A stretch of DNA of 64,000 nucleotides from an uncultured Desulfurococcales archaeon. Lineage in GTDB: Archaea; Thermoproteota; Thermoprotei_A; Sulfolobales; WANQ01. The stretch spans positions 119,387 through 183,386 of the forward strand of contig CAYXRT010000002.1 of NCBI GenBank assembly GCA_964467535.1. The letters run 5' to 3'. Every line of letters starts with the position of its first letter. The stretch's first letter is position 1. The notes under the pieces were generated by a model that saw nothing but the letters and a program-made list of their open reading frames with translations, ran no database searches and had not been told where the DNA came from. A program made the translations under genes and the position numbers. Of the stretch, positions 18,801 through 25,784 are shown piece after piece.

Positions 18801-19933
18801 GTATAACCTAGCTCATAGAATACGCTTTGTAAGTAATACCACGTAGTAGACATGTCAAAATAGGCTGTATCATAAGCCCCATCAGCATCTCTGTCGACAA
18901 GTAATGTTGGAGTCATGTATATCAATATGTCAACAAGCCTATCAGCCCAATCAATTATGTATACAAATTGACAAGCAAGACCGAATTTCACTAGGCTACC
19001 TGGAGGTACTATATTACCTACATACCACTTCATATTTGTAACAGGGTATGCTAAGACCTTCTCATGTGTTAGGAACATAACGAGGCCTACTGGTGTATAA
19101 CTGATGTAGCCCAAAGGCCAGTAGGTCAATACAGGCATGGTTATGTTGATGAAGCCGTTTTCATCGACTATTGCTGGAACAGGTGTTAGTACTAAGCCTA
19201 GTAGATCGGAGTCTAAGATCATAGGTTTACCTTCTTCATCTCTAGCTATAGTCTCTAAACCTAAGTTTGGTGCACCAAAATCAACGCCTGTATCAACAAC
19301 GCCTACAACAACCCCTTCACCAGTGATATTGAATTCTTTCCAAACCTTAGTAGCACCAATAACTTCTGCAGCTTTATAAATATCAATTAATTCTTCTGCA
19401 GGAGCTCTTGCACTATTCTCGATCAAGGTCTTAAGGCTATAACCAAGCTGAGGTAGAATATTCTGATCAGGTGCTATGTACAGTACATAGTCTTTGGAAG
19501 CAAGCTTCATTACATCATCTTTTGTCGCCCATGCAAACATCAACTTATATAGACCAAGATCTAAGCCCAATATAACTCCATGTGTTAACTTTGCTACCTC
19601 TTCCCAGCTAGCTGTCGGAGCTAGTAATATGGCTATTCTTGCCTGGCCCTCCCTTATAGCTTCACATTTAATGTTAAATTCGCTTAAGATATTATTCAGG
19701 TCGATTACTTTCTTCTCAGACCCTGAAAATATCGATAATAGAGATAGTAAAGCATTTGATTGCATAATGCTATAGAACTCATCGTTAAGTAGTATTGGGT
19801 GTATCTTAGCCTTTGGATTTAATAGATGAAGGTCTTGCGTATTTGATAGTGTAATTGCAGGCGTTAATGCAGATGTGGTGATTATGAGTAATAGTATTAT
19901 TGATAATACAAGTCTTAATTTCACACTATGCAC
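15878..19933 (-). CDS. Secreted subtilisin-like serine protease (peptidase S8, pyrolysin-like), 1351 aa
   Basis: N-terminal signal/anchor MHSVKLRLVLSIILLLIITTSALT. Catalytic Asp VVGVVDTGVDF, His HGTSCANVVGG and Ser GGTSEATPMTAGS. Long insertions and a C-terminal beta-rich extension. Confidence 0.9.
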   Translation of the reverse strand: MHSVKLRLVLSIILLLIITTSALTPAITLSNTQDLHLLNPKAKIHPILLNDEFYSIMQSNALLSLLSIFSGSEKKVIDLNNILSEFNIKCEAIREGQARIAILLAPTASWEEVAKLTHGVILGLDLGLYKLMFAWATKDDVMKLASKDYVLYIAPDQNILPQLGYSLKTLIENSARAPAEELIDIYKAAEVIGATKVWKEFNITGEGVVVGVVDTGVDFGAPNLGLETIARDEEGKPMILDSDLLGLVLTPVPAIVDENGFINITMPVLTYWPLGYISYTPVGLVMFLTHEKVLAYPVTNMKWYVGNIVPPGSLVKFGLACQFVYIIDWADRLVDILIYMTPTLLVDRDADGAYDTAYFDMSTTWYYLQSVFYELGYTPPPDSSWLDYSFADEVPIYYGNEVAARDFNGDGVVDFSLGTLAGYVYDALGILTGVTEFGDWRHNYELISGGILPGLDPNGMWVDLEYDFLYHGTSCANVVGGRGTIEYDLGYTKTKLYGIAPGAKLAAAPGLWWPNWLVAQLWLSGHDYEYPWLWRYVGKHKVDIITNSWGSSYWMIPGWWGAGFGRPYDPSSLIEDYIVAVTGTVICHAMGNGGPGYGTAAVPGSASYVISVGASTLGTWLYDELGLLPGAYYDVVEWSDRGPTELGTAKPDVVNIGNNAWAGTYTWAGVGDGTKTYSLFGGTSEATPMTAGSVALIIQAYREKYGTNPSPDMVKAILKSCAKDLGFDAYTQGSGHVDVYRAVKMIMEGKGLIAYTYETSMNIEKELGEGRAVLGKSIVAPLRDTQIYTGVVMPGESSEFKLILEGKGKTKIYAVEVIAKERLPLVKYLDLERAVIYNVEKGVYEPLSKYIVGIDAEKGIILVNLTTTAAGIYIPVSEDVLKGVPLIEVDMSVPYRIVEPLGRKGPYIHWLWLGLALRYWIDLDKDGSITRPELADIHDPHWYSVSNTWKIPVGFYERKIKILKDLIAEYYGIDITKYHCEPIVTIFVNGNLYVSQGMSVVVPIRLFITRYERIPWDWIKLSDTEVEVNGRATVKVTVTVPEDTPPGFYEGYVIIECEYGTTLVPVSVVVGAEISKDTTSLVLTPVKTGRIYENYYVRGDWDWYWRPESGDWRIIPVNITDPSIVGLYVIVTWIENNTNIDVYVVGKGSPAPMAGPPSLVLPGANVGGKITLPLRIMVGFGRYGWHSHYDKPYKTIATTFASTVTPGVYRIVIRNVLISAEKVYPEPYKLTIIPIRSSVKAVGVSLSVGEEYTTTIKLSGPYAMSKSIVTALVPTPGLAVTVEPTILGVGKEHEIKVTIKALEPGVHTAYIIIMNPRLSWYALGAIYNDMRLELGRIPTMIVIPVTVNVIG

Positions 19934-20057
19934 CTGTAGATAGTGGTACCTGCAATAGGATAAAAATTATACTCTCATGAATCATTACATCCAGGTATTA
20001 TTAAGCTGATCTTTTTAAACACTCATACAATCAATTACCTACCCTATAGGGGCTATA

Positions 20058-20543
20058 ATGTCCACAACACATAATAATGCAGTAGCTTCACTTACGAGTA
20101 AAGCTATTACAACAAATCTGGCAATATCAATGCTAAGGAACATTAAGTTGGTTCAACTCCACAAATTTATAGACATGAGAGGAAAAACAGAATATAAGGT
20201 AGGAGATGAACTGACAATAGAATTAAGCATCATAAACGGTAATTACAGCATAGAGGATATTGAAGTAGAGGATACTATACCTATATTCTTCCAGCTTCAG
20301 GACATTAAAATACAAAGTAGTGCTAGAAAGATACCTATAAGGATTGAAAAGAGTAGATTTAGAATCCTAATCAAAATAGAGAAGCTACTGCCAAAGGAAC
20401 AGGTAAGAATTAAATATACAATAATACCGCTGTTTCCAGGGAAGCACTTAATACCATCAGCAGCATGTTACTCCAATGGTATAGTCATAGGAGCTTCAGA
20501 GCCCCTAACAATACATGTAAGTAGAAAAGAAGACATCTCTTAG
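20058..20543 (+). CDS. Hypothetical protein
   Basis: 161-aa ORF. The alternating beta-strand-like pattern suggests a beta-sandwich. No motif recognised. Confidence 0.5.
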   Translation: MSTTHNNAVASLTSKAITTNLAISMLRNIKLVQLHKFIDMRGKTEYKVGDELTIELSIINGNYSIEDIEVEDTIPIFFQLQDIKIQSSARKIPIRIEKSRFRILIKIEKLLPKEQVRIKYTIIPLFPGKHLIPSAACYSNGIVIGASEPLTIHVSRKEDIS

Positions 20544-20678
20544 AATTTAATTACATGCCTAGGACTAGGCCTAGAAGCCGCTGAAGCATACTAAGCCATA
20601 TAGTACCTTAAACTCTTAATTCTTGGAATCGAAACCTAAAAGTCCTAGATATCCAAACTCAAGGAGCCATAGCAAAGT

Positions 20679-21866
20679 TTATATGATTGTATATACTTTT
20701 ATATGTTTTCCATGGATTAATTGGTTTAGTCCTCTTATTGCTACTAAGTATGCGCTCGCCATGTGCTTGTCAAGACCATATTTTCTCATTACATCTTCGT
20801 GCTCACTAGAGCTAGATGTTCCTTTAGGACTTACCGTTATTGTCCTTATACCTAGCTTCCATGTAGTATCAAGTATTGTTTCAGTTAGTGATGAAGTAAA
20901 CCTCATTACCCTATAATTGTAATCCGAGCTAATTCTCCTACCCAGTATTATCCATCTTAGCTTCAATAAACCTAGTACCTCTGGATTCTCTACTGATACC
21001 ATGAATTCACAATACCTTAATGCTATGTAATTGAATAGTTTATGCAACCATTGTATAGTATATGTTCTAGAATCCTTCCATTTTCTTCCTTGAGCAATAT
21101 ACTTGGTTAAGTCAAGTTTCTTCATATATTTTATTTTACCGCTAAAGTCTATGAGTACAGCATTTACTCGGTCATAGCTTACATCAAATCCAAGGACATG
21201 TCTTGGCTCATAGGCTTCATTGAATAGTTTTGGATAATACTACGCATAAATGTTATATGGTAATGCTACTTGTACTTCTCCCTTAACATCCTCGAATGCA
21301 TCACGAATGTATACTCTAGCATTATATCCTACTTGCCTGTCATTAACTAGCTCTATTAGTTCTTCGAGAATATACCTATATCTGCGGGATTTTGGTTTTC
21401 CAACCCATAACTCAATAAAATAATCTCTTCTATCCATGTCAAACACTTTTACTCTAACATGCTCCATGTCAAGTAACCTTATATTAGGATTACCTTTAGT
21501 GTACTTGTCTCCACGACTCTTAAACATAATCCAGTCAGATAGCTTTATGTCTTCTAATTTTACTGGTAATTCTCTTCCAAGCTTCTTTCTCCAATACTCT
21601 TTTAATGATAAATACGATTTCCCTATCTCATATACCAATTCACAACATGATTCAGCATAATTCTTATTTGGAATAAACTTATATGCCTCCCTATAGTATT
21701 TGACCTTAAACTTCTTTAAAGGAGTCTTTAGTTCATGTTCTCCAAGAGTCTTAATCGATTCTAATATGTGTAATGCGTCTGTTCTCCAAAGTATTGCTGT
21801 ATTAAATAATAATCTTGCTTCATCATCATATATCGTAAATGGTAGTACTATTGTTCTGTAGCTCAT
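20679..21866 (-). pseudogene. tnpB: TnpB-like RuvC nuclease gene interrupted by one in-frame TAG; lacks the usual zinc finger
   Basis: ORFs 21240..21866 and 20679..21125 are in the same frame (1188 nt = 396 codons) with a single TAG at 21240-21242. The 38 codons between the TAG and the second ORF (YYPKLFNEAYEPRHVLGFDVSYDRVNAVLIDFSGKIKY) carry the RuvC-I Asp motif. RuvC-II is VSVENPEVL. RuvC-III is GLDKHMASAYLVAIRG. The segment TSSSSEHEDVMRKYGLDKH has no Cys where CxxC..CxxC is expected. Confidence 0.7.
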
Positions 21867-22024
21867 TTTTCTCCTCCTCTTATGATCAGTATTCCTTCTA
21901 CTTCGCTTCCCACATACTTCTCCAACACGTCCTTGTATTCAGCGAAAACGTAGATTCTAAGCTCATATTTACCACTCTTAAGCAATCTACCCCTAAATAT
22001 CACTACATCAAGAACTTTACTCAC
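21863..22024 (-). CDS. Small ORF (53 aa, GTG start) overlapping the tnpB-like start codon
   Basis: VSKVLDVVIFRGRLLKSGKYELRIYVFAEYKDVLEKYVGSEVEGILIIRGGEK. Its TGA stop overlaps the tnpB-like ATG (ATGA). There is no ATG start, and the frame opens only 7 codons upstream of the GTG. No homology recognised with confidence. Confidence 0.25.
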   Translation of the reverse strand: MSKVLDVVIFRGRLLKSGKYELRIYVFAEYKDVLEKYVGSEVEGILIIRGGEK

Positions 22025-22094
22025 TACAGTACACCCACGACAATATTACAGAGAGAAAGCTTATAAGTTTCTCTGAGTATATTGAAACGTAGCG

Positions 22095-22155
22095 ACCCCC
22101 TTACTGGAGAACCCGCTAGGAGTTCCCTCCTAGTGGTAGTATCTGGTAGGGGGGT
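22095..22155 (+). other. 61-nt imperfect palindrome / candidate structured RNA or IS-end hairpin
   Basis: The outer stem is 22095-22107 (ACCCCCTTACTGG) with 22143-22155 (CTGGTAGGGGGGT), 13 pairs of which 3 are G-T. An ACC/GGT mini-stem follows. The inner stem is a perfect 7 bp, CTAGGAG (22116-22122) with CTCCTAG (22127-22133), and the loop is TTCC. The three wobble pairs are allowed only in a plus-strand transcript. Confidence 0.45.
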
Positions 22156-22380
22156 AGGTTAATGATGCTTCAGAACCATAAACCGAGCACTCTGCGATGA
22201 AGATCATAATAAAATCATATTCAAACATATAAAAACTGAAACCCGCTACCAGTTAAAGTATAACAGAGATTCCTAGATCGATATGATAGGTTGGTAGTAA
22301 AGAGAACGTTGCGGAATCGGAGGTGGCGAAAACTCTGATAGCATTTCATTCAATTGATGGTAGAGATAAGGGGGATCCAA

Positions 22381-22662
22381 ATGTCAAAGGAAATTGTGAG
22401 AGTTAGAATTAGAGTCTATGGAATTGTACAAGGAGTTGGCTTTAGATATTATGCCAAGTGGAACGCTATAAAATTGGGTATTAAGGGATATGCCGAAAAC
22501 TTACCCAATGGTAGTGTTGAAATACTGGCTGAGGGAACTAAGGAGAATGTAGAGAAATTTATTGAAATAATTAAAAAGGGTCCTCCAGCTGCCTATGTCG
22601 AGAGAGTTGAAATAGCGTATGAAGAACCTAAAGGAGACTATGACTATTTCTATATACTCTAA
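22381..22662 (+). CDS. acyP: Acylphosphatase
   Basis: VRVRIRVYGIVQGVGFRYYAKWNAIKLGIKGYAENLPNGSVEILAEG is the canonical acylphosphatase signature. Likely start MSKEIV at 22381; the ORF opens at 22354. Confidence 0.9.
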   Translation: MSKEIVRVRIRVYGIVQGVGFRYYAKWNAIKLGIKGYAENLPNGSVEILAEGTKENVEKFIEIIKKGPPAAYVERVEIAYEEPKGDYDYFYIL

Positions 22663-22847
22663 TCGATTATTGTCACCCTTGATTTGTTATTTTAGCCCAC
22701 CATTTGATATAACCTTTTCACAAACTCTTCTTACTTGTTTAGGTATTCTCTCAATAGCATAACTCACTACATCCATCCATTTACTTTTAAGCTTAATAAA
22801 TATACGAGTAATGATGTTTAAGATGTCATATGGGGCAGAAACGTCCA

Positions 22848-22883
22848 TTAGGGTTATTTAGGGAAGTTTATTGTTGGTTAGGG
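22848..22883 (+). repeat. Three TTAGGG direct repeats phased at 10 and 20 bp, putative IS607-type end / TnpA binding sites
   Basis: TTAGGG occurs at 22848-22853, 22858-22863 and 22878-22883, ending 5 nt before the tnpA ATG (22888). Confidence 0.4.
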
Positions 22884-22887
22884 ACAG

Positions 22888-23535
22888 ATGCCAAAGAATT
22901 TGGAGAAGTTGTTGAAGCCTAGGGAGTTCTGTGGGCTTGTCGGAATTAGTTATAGGACTTTCAAGCGGTGGGTTTCTGAAGGTAGAATCCATGTTGTTAG
23001 AACACCTACTGGGAGAATTAGGATACCGTACTCTGAGGTTGAACGTATTCTTGGAGAGAAACCCGAAACTAGAGAGACTAGGGCAGTCATTTATGCACGT
23101 GTAAGCTCTTCAGACTAGAAGGGGGATTTGGAGAGACAAATACGGTACCTTACTCAGTACTGTAGTGCTAAAGGCTATAGAGTAGTAGATATTCTAAGCG
23201 ATGTAGCTAGTGGTTTGAAAACTAATCGCAGAGGGTTATTAAAGCTCTTTAACTATGTGGAGAACAAACAAGTAGATGTAGTAGTCATTACCTATAAGGA
23301 TAGACTAACCAGGTTTGGATTTGAGTACCTTGAATACTTCTTCAAATAATATGGTGTAAGGATAGAGGTAGTTTATGGTGGAGAACCCAAGGATGCGTAT
23401 CAGGAGCTTGTAGAGGACTTACTAGCAATCGTAACTAGCTTTGCGAGTAAACTCTACGGTATGAGGAGCCATAAGAAGAAGAGATTAGTACAAGGCTTCA
23501 AGAAGCTCCTAGAAGAGGTAGAGAAGAATGACTAA
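22888..23535 (+). pseudogene. tnpA: IS607-type serine recombinase TnpA (MerR-like HTH + resolvase domain) with two in-frame stops
   Basis: A single 648-nt frame (216 codons) is interrupted by TAG (23116-23118) and TAA (23347-23349). There is an N-terminal HTH (FCGLVGISYRTFKRWVSEG). The catalytic region is AVIYARVSSSD-TAG-KGDLERQ, and the family normally has Gln at the TAG position. Confidence 0.75.
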
Positions 23536-24196
23536 AGTAACTAGAATAGTTGTTGTCCCTAATTTAGTGCTAACTAAGAGGAAGTATATGGTACTGAGGG
23601 AGCTTACCGAAATATATGGGAAACTACTTATCGAAGCAGTAGATTATGCTTTAAGAAACTATATTAAGTCATTTACGGGCTTAAAGAAACACCTATATCG
23701 TAGGTTTAGGAATAGATATCCGCAGTTACCAAGCCACTATATACATACTATCTGTCAAGATGCGTGTACTAGGGTTAAGAGTTTTATAGAGAAGAGAGTC
23801 GAGGAGCTAATCGAAGAAATAGTAGAGGAATTCGAGAGGCATTGTCACATTAGGTTAAGTAAGCTAAGTAGAGAGGAAAGAAACCAAATCTACAGAGTAA
23901 CTAGGAAGATAGCAAGATACCAAGTAGAACGAGAAATGCAGGATAGAGTAGCTAGGGTTAAGAGAATTAGTATTTGGCTTGATGACCACTTATGGAAACC
24001 ACCAGGACACACCACAATAAAAGTAGCAACACATAAGGGATGGGTAGTTATAGGACTAGAACCGCATAAGCTATTTTGGAAGTATATTAACTCGAATTGG
24101 AAGCTGAGAACACAACCAAGGATAAAGCTAAATGATAAGGAGCGAAGAATCTACATTTACTTCGTATTTGAAAAGGTACTTATACCTAGAGCATAA
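23528..24196 (+). pseudogene. tnpB: TnpB N-terminal fragment (222 aa, RuvC domain missing)
   Basis: A typical TnpB N-terminus (TRIVVVPNLVLTKRKYMVLRELTEIYGKLLIEAVDYAL..). The frame ends just before the position where the RuvC-I GIDxG motif is expected. Its 3' end overlaps an oppositely oriented gene. Confidence 0.65.
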
Positions 24197-24997
24197 CAGC
24201 AATCTAATGTACAAATGCTATTCTTTATCCTTGGCAATTTTATGCCTATAGTTTCAAGTAGCCTTACTTCAAACGAGTCTGGATAGGTCTTGAAATTACC
24301 TTTCTTACATCCCGTAAGGACTCTATTTAATATGGTGTAATCAAGTGCATAGGCAACTATAAATGTAGCTACATCAATTTCATTATTATACCATAAGTAC
24401 CTGAAGAATTTGTAATCGACTGGTAACGCATCCATAATCATAGATATACCATGTTTGTCAGAAATGATAAAAAATAATCCATCGCTCATTGGAATAACGT
24501 TATAGTAAAAGCCTGTAAGATTAAGTGTAGTATAAATCCTTTGCCAAGTTTTCCTATGGCCATTATTTTTCATATAGAGTTTACTATATATTCTTACATC
24601 CCTTAGAACGGGTCTTCCTTTTATCCATATATGTTGTAGTTTTCCTTCAGCATATACTAAACCCGAGAGGTAGTATAGAGGTTCATTTCTAGATATCTCA
24701 TTTAAGCATTCTTCAGACAGAATGTTATAAGCTTCTATTATAGAGATAAACAGTTATTTCACTCCTATTATACTTTGGCTCAAATTTAACCGTAAGTGAT
24801 GGTGTCCTCCCTAAGATCTTCTTCATAATGGCTGAATAAATTACTGACTCACAATAGGATACAGTAGAGAGTCCAATATAGTGCCTTTTGTATCCATTTA
24901 TGTCTCTTCTAATAGTCCTAAATCCATCACCATCAAGTAGGCCTAAAGCTACTGCTAATAACTTCTCACGCTTAATACCATTAACAAGAACATTCAT
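24157..24997 (-). pseudogene. Free-standing double-motif LAGLIDADG homing-endonuclease-like gene split by a 1-nt frameshift
   Basis: ORF 24725..24997 carries LAVALGLLDGDGF. The other frame, open from about 24765, reads ..EAYNILSEECLNEISRNEPLYYLSGLVYAEGKL.. (second motif) and continues into ORF 24157..24573. The two frames differ by 1 nt near 24727-24760. Confidence 0.6.
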
Positions 24998-25054
24998 ATT
25001 AGCCTCTCTTTACACCAAGGTGATTTAGTTTATTATTAATATGGAAAATTCTCA

Positions 25055-25729
25055 TTATTTCGTTAAAACGTATTTATCATCATCAATTCTTTTAAGTAAC
25101 TTTTCATTAATGAGGTTCTCTATTGCACCATTGAAATATCCTTTACCAACATCTACGCCGTACCATTCTATAAACTTGTTAACTATGTCATTATAGCTCC
25201 ATTCTTTCTTAACTTTACCTTCCTCAAGTAGCATTCTACGCATAAATTGCGTCGTATCTTCTAGTCGCGTCCACGGATAAGCAAACCATATCCATTCTTT
25301 TACTTCCATTACATAGTAGTCTGGTTTAATTTTACTTATTGGTGATATCCATTGGAGAGTTGCTATTTTAAGTTCTTTAGGCTTCCACTTGGACAGTATG
25401 AAATCTCTAGCAAGAATTAATGACTCCCCTGTATCAGCTATATCATCAACAAGTAAAGCCTTCATACCGGATAAATCAACTACATACTCAAACTTTATTA
25501 TCGCTCTTTCAGCTTTTTTAGCAGCTTCAGTCCAATGCTGACTTTGAATAGATATTAAGTTCTCTATTCCAAGAAAATCACAAACAAGGCGGGCTGGCAC
25601 ATATCCTCCACGAGCAACAGCAATAACTATATCTGGCTTATACCCTGATTCCCTTATCTTCCTAGCTAGCTGCCAAGACCATTGAACTATTTCATCCCAT
25701 GTAACGAGTTTAACAGGGACTTTAACCAC
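25055..25729 (-). CDS. Phosphoribosyltransferase (purine PRTase-like) with C-terminal extension
   Basis: 224 aa. PRPP-binding motif ALLVDDIADTGESL and N-terminal IVIAVARGGYVPARL. The ~70-aa extra C-terminal domain is of unknown function. Confidence 0.8.
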   Translation of the reverse strand: MVKVPVKLVTWDEIVQWSWQLARKIRESGYKPDIVIAVARGGYVPARLVCDFLGIENLISIQSQHWTEAAKKAERAIIKFEYVVDLSGMKALLVDDIADTGESLILARDFILSKWKPKELKIATLQWISPISKIKPDYYVMEVKEWIWFAYPWTRLEDTTQFMRRMLLEEGKVKKEWSYNDIVNKFIEWYGVDVGKGYFNGAIENLINEKLLKRIDDDKYVLTK

Positions 25730-25784
25730 AGGACTCCCTACAATACCTGAGCCCTCTATAAAACTTAACCTTTATCCCCAATAA

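Larger units (their letters stand above)
20560..22160 (-). mobile_element. Putative IS200/IS605-family (tnpB-only, IS1341-like) element remnant
   Basis: A TnpB-like gene is flanked by CTAG-containing palindromes at both sides: 20567-20584 GCCTAGGACTAGGCCTAG, and 22116-22133 CTAGGAG-TTCC-CTCCTAG inside a longer imperfect palindrome. The boundaries are guesses. Confidence 0.3.
22848..24196 (+). mobile_element. Decayed IS607-family element (serine-recombinase tnpA + truncated tnpB)
   Basis: The tnpA-tnpB pair has an 8-nt overlap (ATGACTAA). tnpA carries two nonsense codons. tnpB is cut before the RuvC domain. No right end was recognised. Confidence 0.6.

Noticed and set aside
20623-20916. 97-aa plus-strand ORF
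   Set aside because: It is antisense to the C-terminal RuvC part of the TnpB-like gene and has no motif.
22161-22260. C/D-box-like motifs (AATGATGC ... CCGA ... GATGAAGA ... CTGA)
   Set aside because: The box spacing is wrong (9-nt D'-C' spacer, >30 nt from C' to the next CTGA) and the C box is imperfect. Not convincing as an sRNA.
22848-22883. TTAGGG repeats as telomere-like sequence
   Set aside because: There are only three copies, separated by unrelated spacers and directly abutting an IS607-type tnpA start. Recombinase-binding or IS-end repeats are far more plausible.
21240-23349. In-frame TAG codons as programmed recoding (pyrrolysine or readthrough)
   Set aside because: One of the three stops is TAA, all are in mobile-element genes that show other decay (truncation, frameshift), and nothing in the window suggests Pyl machinery. 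Pseudogenisation is the simpler reading, though readthrough of the TnpB-like TAG is not excluded.
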